A stretch of 64,000 nucleotides of DNA from the NCBI GenBank assembly GCA_905178155.1, contig CAJINV010000002.1, positions 905,809 through 969,808 on the forward strand, written 5' to 3'. The translations under genes were made by a program, and so were the position numbers. The stretch comes from Amoebophrya sp. A120. Lineage: Eukaryota > Protista > Dinoflagellata. The notes under the pieces are model-generated. The model had not been told where the DNA came from and did no database searches. It was given only the letters and a program-made list of their open reading frames with translations. Shown one piece after another: positions 25,601 through 36,185 of the stretch; position 1 is the first letter of the stretch, and the number at the start of each line of letters is the position of its first letter.

Positions 25601-27318
25601 AAATATTCGCTGTTTTCCTTTTTGAAAACATCAGTGGCAAAGTCCAAAACCCGGGTAAGTAGCTGCTGGCAATACTCAATATTCGCTTCCAAATTGTCCA
25701 GAGCGAGCTTCTTCTCCCGTGCTTCGCCTGAAAGATGCTGAAGACTGTTGTTGTTCCCTGTAGTTGTACTTGTAACACCACCGGTCTGAGAAAAATTACC
25801 TCCTGGTTTGAACATCTCAAAATCTCGAAACAGCGAGTCCAAGATCGGGAACATCTTTTCCAGCATGCTCGCCACCAATTTTTTCCCGTGGGTCAACGAG
25901 TTTTGATCGTGGAGCTGGGCACTGGCGGGAAGCCTTTTCGTCTTATTGGACAAATTGTACCAAATATTATAGTACAACCGCAGCGCCTGCGTTGTCGTCA
26001 AATTCGACATGGCAGGGCTCCCGGGAAGGTCCTGCAACTCCGTAACCCCTGGGAGTCCCTTGTAGCATAAGACTAACCATGTCAACCGCCACAGCACGTC
26101 CTGCGCGTCTTGGTCGTTGGTGTCATTGTTCATGTTCATCGTATTGCTGTTGCTCAAGTCAGACGGGGATGATAAAGTTGACGTGGGCGTCGTTGACGCG
26201 AGGGTAGACACCGCTTTTGTCAACGAGAGGATTATCTCATGGTAGATGATCTTGTCTCCGGCTGGGTTCGAGTTCGTGCTGCCAGTACTATCAAATGCAA
26301 AAATGTCTGGGTCTGGAAGAGTGCAAGTTTGTCATGCTTGTCTGGCATGACTCGAGAATCTGTGTTGCATAGGCACGAAAGAGCCATCCTAACTGTCATG
26401 CGAAAAGGCAGCTTGCCTTGCGGAATACGTAAGACATGGCAGCCACTACAAAATTTGTCATGCATAGCTGCGTATTGCGGCGCATCTATCATTCACTTTT
26501 AGCATTACAAGTTTCCAGACCCAGACATATTTGCATTTGATAAGTACTCGAAGCTGTGGTGTGATCCGCTGCGTTCATTTCCGCACCGGAAGTATAACAG
26601 TGCACAACTCCCCCTCTGCCTCATTTGTATAGCATGAACGGCAATACAAGCATCAGGAAGAGTGCCGGTCTTGCATGACAAATTTGCACTGGAGTACAGT
26701 GCTATTTGGGCTGCGAGATCTTGTCATGCAAACAGTGCCAACAGGCAAAGGGTGGATTGGGTATTTTGCATGACAAATGAGGGGGAGGGGGGGTTGTGCA
26801 CTGTCATAGGAAGCGAGTTGCGCCGCGAAGTCTGGGTGATTGTCGCAGAGCCGGGACAAAATGTCTAGTAGTGTGTGGAGTTGCTCAAGTTTGAAATTTT
26901 TGAAGTTGATACCATGTTGCTGGTTTTGCTGCTGCATAACAAGATGAGTTATTCCCGCCTGCTGTTGTTGATGCTGTTGCACTTGGTTTATGAACGCGTC
27001 CCGGTACTCTTTCAACCTTCCCATCATGCTGCGAAAAATCGTGAGGATGATGTTTTTCATGTCGTTTGTGACGGTTTGCTTCGCGTTTAGCGGTAGTAGA
27101 TCCATGATAACATCGTCGTTGTCTTGCAGCATAAAAGTCAGCATGGACAGTTGGTCTTCCAAAGGGCTCGTTGCTTGCTGCTGAGTACCATCGGCCAGGT
27201 TGAGCGCTGCATTTATTCCGCTTTGCTTCTTCTGCTTTTCCAAGTGGTCTTTTTGCTGGATTTGCTGCACCACCATGGTGGTGGTGGTGCTGGAAGCGGC
27301 AGAGGCAGCGGCTGACAT
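19670..27318 (-). CDS. Large (~1,600 aa) helical protein of unknown family, ~13 introner introns
   Basis: Long Leu-rich ORF pieces (26653-27318, 25477-26223, 23371-24135, 22442-23008, 21518-22189, 20013-21182) are separated by introners; the last exons translate ...REV|IDINFF...HCKM|ATNNDL...RQIV*. Confidence 0.7.
19764..19913. mobile_element. Introner family A
   Basis: TIRs; DR ccatc/ccatc. Confidence 0.9.
20014..20274. mobile_element. Introner family B
   Basis: TIRs; DR acctc/acctc (GAGGT on the transcript, giving canonical GT-AG). Confidence 0.9.
21146..21285. mobile_element. Introner family A
   Basis: TIRs; DR cttct/cttct. Confidence 0.9.
21336..21607. mobile_element. Introner family B
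   Basis: TIRs; DR cgccc/ggccc. Confidence 0.88.
22189..22495. mobile_element. Introner family D, 307 bp
   Basis: TIRs; diverged DR ttcca/ttcgt. Confidence 0.88.
22997..23145. mobile_element. Introner family A
   Basis: TIRs; DR atgtg/gtgtg. Confidence 0.88.
23193..23476. mobile_element. Introner family C
   Basis: TIRs; DR gtcct/ctcct. Confidence 0.88.
24129..24282. mobile_element. Introner family A
   Basis: TIRs; DR ctgcg/ctgcg. Confidence 0.9.
24341..24604. mobile_element. Introner family B
   Basis: TIRs; DR gggta/gtgta. Confidence 0.88.
24892..25155. mobile_element. Introner family B
   Basis: TIRs; DR cggag/cggag. Confidence 0.9.
25336..25491. mobile_element. Introner family A
   Basis: TIRs; DR aaaca/aaaca. 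Confidence 0.9.
26289..26542. mobile_element. Introner family B
   Basis: TIRs; DR agtac/agtac. Confidence 0.9.
26593..26808. mobile_element. Introner family E
   Basis: TIRs; DR ggaag/ggaag. Confidence 0.9.
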
Positions 27319-28290
27319 GATGCCGGGCGGCGGGGTGTCAGTGTATTAAAGCCGCTATTTCATTGCTTTTTCTTTTTGTAAGGAAAAACAATGTAGCAAT
27401 AAAAACACCACTAGCGCGGCCGCCTTGCATCTGGCTTTTCTACTATTAAATAAAGGAAGTGTTTGTATTGTTCCACGGGGTATTAAGTGCGAGGTGTGAA
27501 ATAAACTTCCAAATAGTAGAAAGAATGGCGGCAGTAGCGATTTTCGATTGAAAAAACCAAAATACTCAAGTCCGCTGTGTAAAATTTCGGCGACAAGAAG
27601 TGCTAGCAATAGCAAACGAGAGCAAGTGTGAAAGGAGCCCGAAAAAAAGACGGATAAATGGTTGAAAAACTTTATTCACTTCCAGACCATAGATTTCGTA
27701 AAAGTTTTCGAGTCTCTACCTTTATCGAGATTTCTGTTTCCGTTCGTGGTCCTGTTTATTTCGGTATTTTTTCGCAAAGACCACGAGCAGGTCTTTGCCA
27801 ATTGATTTTGCAGCTTGGCTGCAGCTGAGTGAGGAATCTGCTTTGGCGTGATCCAGCACATTTCATGCGTGAAGATTAGCGTCGGTATATCTCCTATTTC
27901 ATTCAGCAAGGTAGGATGAGTGGACTTTACGTCGTCCAAAGTGTTGCTCTAGAAGTTCCCGGTCGACGGTGTCTTTAATTTGCAGCAGGGGAACATCACG
28001 ATAGACATCTATCAGTGTGACAGAGGAGGATGTACAGTCGCGCTTGGTAGGACGCAACTTTGTTCCGCACCCTCCACGACCAGCGGCACTTGCAAAAATG
28101 CCACTTAGCGTTAGCACTGGTTTTCCAACATAGTATAACATAATTAGTCCTTCACAACTTCTGTATTCTCACCAGGTTCTTCGACGCAAGAAACTCATTT
28201 GTTGCACCTTGTTGCCTAATACGTCTGCGTGGTGAATAAATTTATTGTCTTTGAAAACAAAGCTGCGGCTGTACGCGAAAATTCTCTTTC

Positions 28291-31200
28291 TCAAATCACC
28301 GGCAACGTCCAGAGCGTATCTTTTTCCTCCTCTGGCGTCTCCGCCAGCATCTTCATATGCGTTGCAAATATGTCTGGATCTGGAAACTTGTGATGCTGGT
28401 GGGAGAAAGACCAGCACACCTCAATTGGCTGCCAAGCATGACAAGTTTTGCAGATGCTTCAGCGTTGTCTATTCTGCATGACAAACCGGGCTTCTGCCTG
28501 AGAAAAGAACGGCGCTGTTTGGTAACGCGCAAGACAAACTTGAGAATCATGCTAGCAGAGCATGACAAACCCTGCATCTATTTCCAGACCCAGACATATT
28601 TGCAATGCATACTTCAGTTGCAGCCCCAACAGCGTCTCTAACTCCGCGGCTTTCTGCTTGGCACCCTGCCTACTCGGAATGCTTGTCGTTGGCGAGTATG
28701 CATTGCAAATATGTCTGGGTCTGGAAGAATCCAAACTTGTCATGCAAACTCTGGATTACGCAAGAATCTGTGTTGCATGAAAGCCTCCAGAAGCTGTTCA
28801 CTTTTTGAACTGCAAATAGCAAGCTTCTCATGCAGAGTCGGCATCAGGAGACCTGAACAAATCCGAGCTTCTCATGCTCTTGCGCGCATTCCAGAGCATC
28901 TGTGAGATCCAAAAGATGCATGACAAACTTGCAAACCCTTCCAGACCCCGACATGTTTGCAGTTGATAGTGAGCTCCTTGCGTCGATGTGCTTTGTTTGG
29001 TGCTCGGTGTACTGATTTAAAACCAGTTTCACCTTTTCTAGCCGGGATTTACTTTGAGAAGACGCGGTTTTCGCCGTGGTAGTCTCTTTCGACACTTTGT
29101 CTTGCATTTCCGTTGTAGTACCTGCTGCTTCTGCCCCCTGTACAACTTCTCCTGAAGTACTACTCGTACCACAAGCCCCCGTGCTGGTTCCAGCAGCTGA
29201 CACGGTGGATTCGATCGCCTGGTCTAGAATTTTCGCCTATTCTGTGCAAAAGTATCGTCCTCGTATTGCAAAATCACGCATTGCAAATCTTTTTCGTAAG
29301 GTAAATCCGCATTACAGATTTTATCTCTCATGCTAAGGAAATTTGTAATGCATTTCTAGAGTACTATACTTTTGCAGTTCATATCACCAAATCCTCCACA
29401 AACCCCGCGTGTCGCAAATTCTGCTTCTCCAAAAACGGTTCCCACTTCTGCGGGAGCGGGATTTGTGCGTTCACGTCGGCGCGTTTTAGAGTGGTGTCGT
29501 ATTCGGAGACTAAATTGTCGAAAACGGTCATGGCCTTGTGGATCAAAGAGACCTGAAATTCAAGCTGGTCGAGAAATTTCGACTCGTGTTTTCTCAAAAT
29601 CCGCAATTCCAATAAATGCCCGGAGAAGATGTAGGCTAGGAAGGTGAGGAAGAGAAGGAGGGAAAGAAGAATCGGCTCGTAGAACATGGCGGAAGTGTTG
29701 AAGCGGTAGAGAACCTGATTGTATTCGGGTTTGACTTCGATGTTGTTTATACTGCGTGATTGCATCATACGGGCAGGTACGACATTACGCATGACAAAAA
29801 ATGCGAATTTCCCCGTCGTGGTAAAAAATCTTCTACCTGGAATTTGTATTGCAGGATATTCTTCTCCGGCACGAAGAAGTCATCCAATTCAAATCCAACC
29901 ACTAACCGTCCCCCGGAAAAGTCCAGCCAGGAATTCTTTGTCGCGTTCCACGATTTCATGATGTGGCCGTGTTCTGGTGAAACCAACTTCGGGAGCTGGA
30001 GTTTGATGTCATGCGAGCCCTCTGGGAGCAAAATCTCCACGGTGAGTTTCTCGGAAAACGTACGGATAATCGGCGGGGAAAGAGTGACGTTTAGCACGTG
30101 GAGCGTCGGATCTTGCGGGTCGACCTGAGTTTTGATCATGATCATGTTTGTGGTTCTCTTCACATTTCATTTAAACCCGGTCTCTTTTCGTACTACATGC
30201 GCTTGTTGTTGATGCATGACAACACCAATTCCAATTGTGGTTCTTGGCAGTACTGCATGACAAAGTACGAGTCAGTACCTTCAACGCCGTCCGTGTTGGC
30301 ACGTCGTAGGAAAAGCTCCAGTCGGCATTCCAACCTCCTAGTAGCGGGTACCGAGGCCGCAGTTGCGCCAGCACGTATCCCTTTTCGTCTCTTCTGGCGT
30401 TCGAGGAGGAGATGTTACCTTGGATAGAATTTTATTTCATCTTCTACGCGTGTTGTACCACTACCACTAGTGCTGCCCTCGCTAAATACATATGTATCTT
30501 GAGTATGCATGAGTAGAAATTTACTAAGTAACGGCGTTTCATCTCATGCAGCGTCTCCTGGTGCTCTACGACTTGTACTAGACACATAAAACATCAAAAA
30601 TATAAATTGCAATGTAAAAATAAACCGATCTCATCCCGGTAGTGCAGATTCCTGGCCGTGGGAGGGAAAGGACTTACTGAGGGTGGCGCGCTACGCGCTG
30701 GTGCGCCCGCAGGTTCAGGCGAACCAACTAGCTCCGGCCCCGCCACGGTGCCGGTAGGGGGTTTGCGCTTTGTTTGGGTGGCCACGTTTTGCCTCGCGGG
30801 GGGCGGCCCCCTCTTGGTGTGGATGCTCCCGCCGCCCTGCACGAAGAAAAAAGCGCCTTTTCTCAGTGCCCTAAATGGTTACTCCACACAGCGCGCCCAG
30901 TCCCATTGTGCTGGTTGCACCTGCCTGGCTGGCCAGGTTCTTTGTCGAGCAGTTTCCACAGCTGCGCCCCTATGGGCCCCGTCAAAAGCAGCCCTGCCGT
31001 CTTGGAGGCGTAACTAGAATGACGAGCAGCCGCACGCAAGGCTCGCAGCTTTCGGAGGCGTTCGCAAATTCATTGGGAACATCCCCGAAGGCTGGCCCCC
31101 TCTCAGCTTGGGGTGGCACTGGGTTTCTGTTTCCCAGAACTTCTCCTGCTCCTGGGGGCTGGGGCGGGCCGCTGTCACGCCTACTGTCTTTCTCCGGGGG

Positions 31201-33477
31201 GCTCAGGCGGACGGAAAAGCCCTGCGCCTGTAGAGTTTTCGCCCCCAGGAGAATCCCCTCCCCTTCCCCGCGCCTGCATCCTTCCTAGTATGAAATCGGG
31301 CCCCTCGTTTTCTTGTCTACTCCATACCTCTCCGGCGGTCGCGGAGCGACCGCCCGTGCTAGATACAACTACTCGTGCTACAAACACTCCACCATTATAC
31401 CGATCTCATCCCGATAGTGCAGATTCCTGGCCGTTTTCGGCAACACCACAGAGAGTTCCTCCATCTGCGTGAGCACAGGATTCGGCGGCATTTGCATCCC
31501 CCGACTGCGGTAGTCTTGTATCGCCAGGAAAAACTGTTTCACTGTAAACTTGTAATGCAGAAAATGCATTTCACAAGAGTTTGTCTTGCTACACATGCAA
31601 GACAGTGGATCTTTAGCTGTGTTTTACCTTAGGAACCTTGCATGGCAAATTTTCCTTGTCATGTAGAACAAACTTGTGATGCAAAACCTGCAAAATCCTT
31701 ACAGTGAAGCTGTTTATTTTTTCTTGCGATATCTTGCCACGTGAAGGTAATCCGGTTGAAAGCACCGTTCATTGCAGCACCGCCGTGTTTATGCATTGCA
31801 AATATGTCTGGGTCTGGAAGATTCAGATTGCCAGGGCCAGGCTGGTCATGGATATTGTGCATGGCCCACAGTGTCTGTAATGCATGCCCTAGCATCACAG
31901 GTTTTTAGAGGGCTTCCTAATGCAGCCTATTCGGCATGATAAACGCCCTTCCAGCGTTGTAGCACAAACTGGACTCCTCTTGCTGGTCATGCAATACAGA
32001 TTTTCTGGGAATCCAAAAACAGCATCACAAGTTGCAACCTTGTTCCAGACCCAGACATATTTGCAATGCATACTGCTTCAGCTTGTAATCCTCCTTGAAG
32101 GCAACGTTACCTTTTAGAAGATGATTCATCAGTGGCATTTGCATTTCATCTTCACGGCGCAGCATTAGCATGAGAAAAACATTTGTAAATGCACTTCAAT
32201 GCATGACAAAGACAAAGTCTTTTTACGTAAAAACTTACCCCAATGTGACACTTCAATCTCCCTCCTCACATTCTTAAAGTACGCCTGGTGTGCTTGGTGC
32301 GAGAAGTGTACGAAAATTTTATCCTCCCCGATGTCTCCTAATTCCCCCATCTTGAAAGGCCCAAACGTGATTTTCTTAACCCCCGGCGACTTGTCCACTT
32401 TCACGAGATTTTCATTATTCGGGAGATAATTCTCGATCTGCACCACACTCCCCGCCGCGTTGACCCCACGGACCGCGGAGCCAGGTAATAGGTCGGGCGG
32501 GAATTCCAAGATTGTGGTTTCGGATTCGATCGTCTGTGCTGCTGGGATTAAAAGCGAATCTTCGTACACGAGCCACTGTTCTTGGAACAGATTGGTGAGT
32601 TCTTTTGGCAATGGTTCATACGGCTTGCCGACGGAGAGGACGTAGGTGAGCTGGAATTTCTTCTGGGATAAAAGCTATCATTTGTAAAAACGTCCCCACC
32701 CCAGAGCTGTAATGCAAATCTGCATGCTGCAAATGTTTTTCATGCGGAGACCCATGAGAAGCAGTTTCTACAGTCGTTTGCGATTTGTGATGCGCACATC
32801 CGCGTGCTATGCTAGATCTGTGATGCTGCTTCACTAGCTAAACACCACTACACTGCGAGTCCAAATTTGTCATGCGCAACGGCCAAAGCTGGTTGATTTG
32901 TGTAGCACATTTTCCATCTTGACTCTGGGATGGGGACGTTTTTGCTCACCATAAGAGCTCGTCTGGGGTCAGCTGGATGATGGCGGAGCTGAGTTGATAG
33001 TAAGTTTCGTTTTTTGAATAAACTCAAACTGCATGCATGTAAGCGCATCACAAACTCAACACAAGATGAACCAGCTCTGTGTAAATGAACTATGCTCGTA
33101 CACACTCCAGCACTTCTTTTATACCCGTTCCCCTCTTCCGCATCGTCGACAATGGTCACATCCAAGTTTTTATTGTCCTTCTTGCTCCCACCGTCGTTCC
33201 TAAACGATGCTGCCACGTGGCCGACTTTGCCGAGTAACGAAGATTTTTTCCAGTACACGGGAAAGAAGTTCTTTTCGGTGCTGGATGCTGTACTTCCATC
33301 CGCCTCTATTTTCAAGTCCACTGTTACCGTCGCGATATTCGTTCCAAGCTTGATAGTGCGGGTGGCTTCTTTGATTTTCAGCTCCGCCAGAACTACAGAG
33401 GGTAGTTGGGGAAGGAAGAGAACGGAAGATGCGGTGGCGAGTTGCAGCACCGCCGCCCGGTTGGAGAGAAGTCGCAT
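28291..33477 (-). CDS. RPN1: Ribophorin I / oligosaccharyltransferase subunit 1 (multi-exon)
   Basis: Signal peptide, then ATRTIKL; REIEVSHWG|NVAFKEDY; LHYRDEIG|NISSS; LRPRYPLLGGWNADWSFSYDVP; VEILLPEGS; TM segment EPILLSLLLFLTFLAYIF. These are the ordered ribophorin I motifs. Confidence 0.93.
28356..28611. mobile_element. Introner family B
   Basis: TIRs; DR cttca/cttca. Confidence 0.9.
28697..28968. mobile_element. Introner family B
   Basis: TIRs; DR gcgag/gtgag. Confidence 0.88.
29238..29383. mobile_element. Introner family A
   Basis: TIRs; DR tcgcc/tcacc. Confidence 0.88.
29748..29858. mobile_element. Short degenerate introner
   Basis: tatactgc/gcaggata ends; DR ttgtt/ttctt; removal gives FFVPEKN|IEVKPEY in RPN1. 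Confidence 0.7.
30660..31398. mobile_element. ~740-bp GC-rich insertion flanked by a 36-bp duplication of an RPN1 exon end
   Basis: 30624-30659 matches 31399-31434 with one mismatch; no TIRs seen. Confidence 0.75.
31790..32072. mobile_element. Introner family B
   Basis: TIRs; diverged DR gtgtt/ctgct. Confidence 0.87.
32676..32953. mobile_element. Introner family C
   Basis: TIRs; DR aaagc/agagc. Confidence 0.87.
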
Positions 33478-35004
33478 TTCGATAATTATACAACCAGTGG
33501 CTTCAGCCTATGTCCTGAACCTGACGCCGTGCAGTATTCTCTAGTGACCACTAGTCATAGCTGCGTTCTTGAAAATGGCGTTGTTTGGCAGCATCATCTG
33601 GAAAACGTATTAAACGTGCGAGACATCAAAACCAGTGCACAGAAAAAAACCCGCAAGGTGGAACAAAGAGCAAAAGGAGTGAGGAGCACAAGATCCGCTC
33701 CTCCAGGGGCGACTACTTGCGGCTGATCGAGAAAGATAGAATGATCTGAAGTTGTCGTTGTGCACAGAAGAAAAGAACGCAAAAATACTACGGGCGGTAG
33801 TTGTTCCAGAGCTACGTGATGCTCTACTTCTGCTCTTCCTAGTTTTAATATTTGAGCACCTGCAAGAAGAGCTGGATCTTAACCACATCAATACTCGGAT
33901 CGCAACGACAACGAGTTCTGGATGAAGCTGCTAAAAATGCAGAAATGAATCGAACACCGACGTCAGGCTGACGCTAAACTGCTTCCAACCTCATTGTCGC
34001 AGTTTCAACATCAACATCCAGAGAAGTAGATGAAGAAAGAATTTCAGATTTTTTCAAAAGCGTACTTATGAAGTTGATGAGACACCAGCGAGTTTTCTTT
34101 TAGTTGAAGAAGTTAAACAATAATTATGTCGTTTGTAGAAGGTTTCAAAGTTGTAAAAATTCATGATCAATTGTGACTCGCATCAAACGAGTAGCAAATT
34201 ATATGGTGCCAATCTATCAAATAGATTTATGGCAATACAGGAGCACTACATAATTTAAGCAACGCAGTGATATCATTATCATGACAGCGAATATAGTCGT
34301 CTGCTTTCAAGTGGGTAGAAAATCATTCAGTTTCTAACCCATTCATAAACGTACTAGCGGTTGGCAAGACGATTCAAACGGCATGTCCTCGCTTGATACG
34401 TCGTTCTTCAGTCTCGTGGAAAGGGAAACCAAAAAGTCGTACTTAGACAAGTCAAATACACCGGCCCCACTGCGCCATTTGTTTTTCGTACTTACTAGCG
34501 GGGTCCACCTGCTGGTCTTGACTCTACACGATTTCTTCTTCTAGATTCCAGAACCAGATCCACTGGATTCGAAATCACCCTTCTAATAACGGAGGAATAT
34601 TAGTCGCCGGCAAAAAAATCTGTTGCACACGATGCACCCTAGTTGTGACCGGAAAGGGAAACAACTACAGGACGAATGCGTGAGCAACTACTAGTTGTGT
34701 TTATCCAGGCAAAAAAAGAGAATCATCGTACCCGTGTCGTCGAGCAAAGCCTGAGAGCGAAACTCGATGCAGGAGGATGTTTTCCAAAGCAGTTCGGAGA
34801 AATAAAAGTATCTCCAGTCGCAACTTTACGGATAGGACTATGTATTGGCAAACGGCTCACTCTAGGTACAGGTTGCGTACGAAGATCAGCACTCTACTGC
34901 CATCTAATTGTTAGCAATGTTCACGTAGGACTAGGAGTTGTCATTATCTCGGGGCATTTTATTCAACATATCTTTTTTTCTGCCGCACCGCAAATCAAGT
35001 TTGT

Positions 35005-35585
35005 TGTGCGACAACTTACAGTTTTGATTTCGAATCGTATGATATTTTTCGATGTTTCCAACCGCCAAAATCTCAGTTCTCCTATAGCAAATCGCGTATT
35101 TTAGCAAATTTGCGAGTGAAAAAACCAACATCTCGTGTATCGCTTTATTTTTCCACCGCCCTGATGAAAGGTGCGGTCTCAAAAAATTTTCCAAACCAAA
35201 ATCCGCTGCAATATGACTTATTTCCCCGTCGTGCCGTTCGATGTCGCGATACTCTGCCCTCGTATCCTGAGTAAAAACGCACCCACACCAGAGTTGTCAT
35301 GCTACTCTGCATGCTTAAAATGTTTCTCATGCGGAGCCCCATGAGAAGCATTTTCTAATGCGGTTTGGAAATCTGTAATGCGCCAATCAGCATGAGATAC
35401 TAGATCTGTGATGCTGCTTAGCTAGCTCAAACAGCACTATACTACGCGTCCAAATTTGTCATACGAAACAGCCAAAGCTTATGGATTTGTCTAGCGGATT
35501 TCCCATCTTGACTCTGGTGTGGGGACATTTTTACTCAGGATACCTCGATCCCTGTCGCTAGTCGTCATCACAGATTTATTGCCAT
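35005..35585 (-). pseudogene. Diverged duplicate of the last exon/3' flank of the CAF1-like gene (cf. 36107-36252)
   Basis: Shared tgtgcgacaacttacagtt...ccaaccgccaaaatctcagttc and gtcgcgatactctgccctcg...gatttattgccat blocks. Confidence 0.75.
35263..35542. mobile_element. Introner family C (filled site; empty homologous site at ~36210)
   Basis: TIRs; DR cctcg/cctcg. Confidence 0.92.
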
Positions 35586-35844
35586 GAAATGCAAAAATGT
35601 CTGGGTCTGGAAGGTTGGAACTTGTGATGCTGACTATGGACTCTAAAAAAATCTGTATTGCATGACCAGCAAGAGGAGTCTAGTTTGTGCTAGGCGGGGA
35701 GGGCATTTGTCATGCGGAGTAGGCGTCAGGAAGGCCTCTAAAAATATGTGATGCCAGATCATGCATTACAGATATCCTGGGTCATGCAAAATATGCATGA
35801 CAAACCCGGCAACATTCCAGACCCAGACATTTTTGCATTTGATA
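35583..35844. mobile_element. Introner family B without matching DR
   Basis: TIRs; right flank equals that of element 24341-24604. Confidence 0.85.
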
Positions 35845-36104
35845 GTGTATCCTTCGCATTCGTGTCGACAAGGGTGAAGAAGTAGGACAAAAGCATGTCG
35901 GTGCCGAAAAACTGATGGGAAAAATACAGCCAGTCGTTGCAGCACTGCTCATCTTCAGAAAAGAATTGCAGGAAAACTTCGCTCACGTCCTGCGCGTACG
36001 TTTTCTCAATAATCTGCTTTTCCGCATCGGAAACAGTTGCAGCTCCCTGGCTTGCCAAGAACTGCCGCAGCGTGTCCCTGTCGATCTTCAAGAAAGTAAT
36101 CGCT
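35845..36104 (-). pseudogene. Diverged copy of exon 24605-24865 of the large helical-protein gene
   Basis: AITFLKIDRDTLRQFLASQG...FFSEDEQCCNDWLYFSHQFFGTDMLLSYFF versus AITFLKIDQTTLQQFLASQG...YFSHGFFGTDMLLSYFF. Confidence 0.85.
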
Positions 36105-36185
36105 GCTGTGCGACAACTTACAGTTCTGATTTCGAATCGTATCATATATTTTTTATGTTTGAAATTTTCTCCAACCGCCAAAATC

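Noticed and set aside
19670-27318. Naming the large helical protein as a nucleoporin or HEAT-repeat protein
   Set aside because: Composition is suggestive only; no diagnostic motif recognised.
33500-35000. Possible ncRNA in the long intergenic stretch
   Set aside because: No tRNA, snRNA or SL-RNA signature recognisable by eye.
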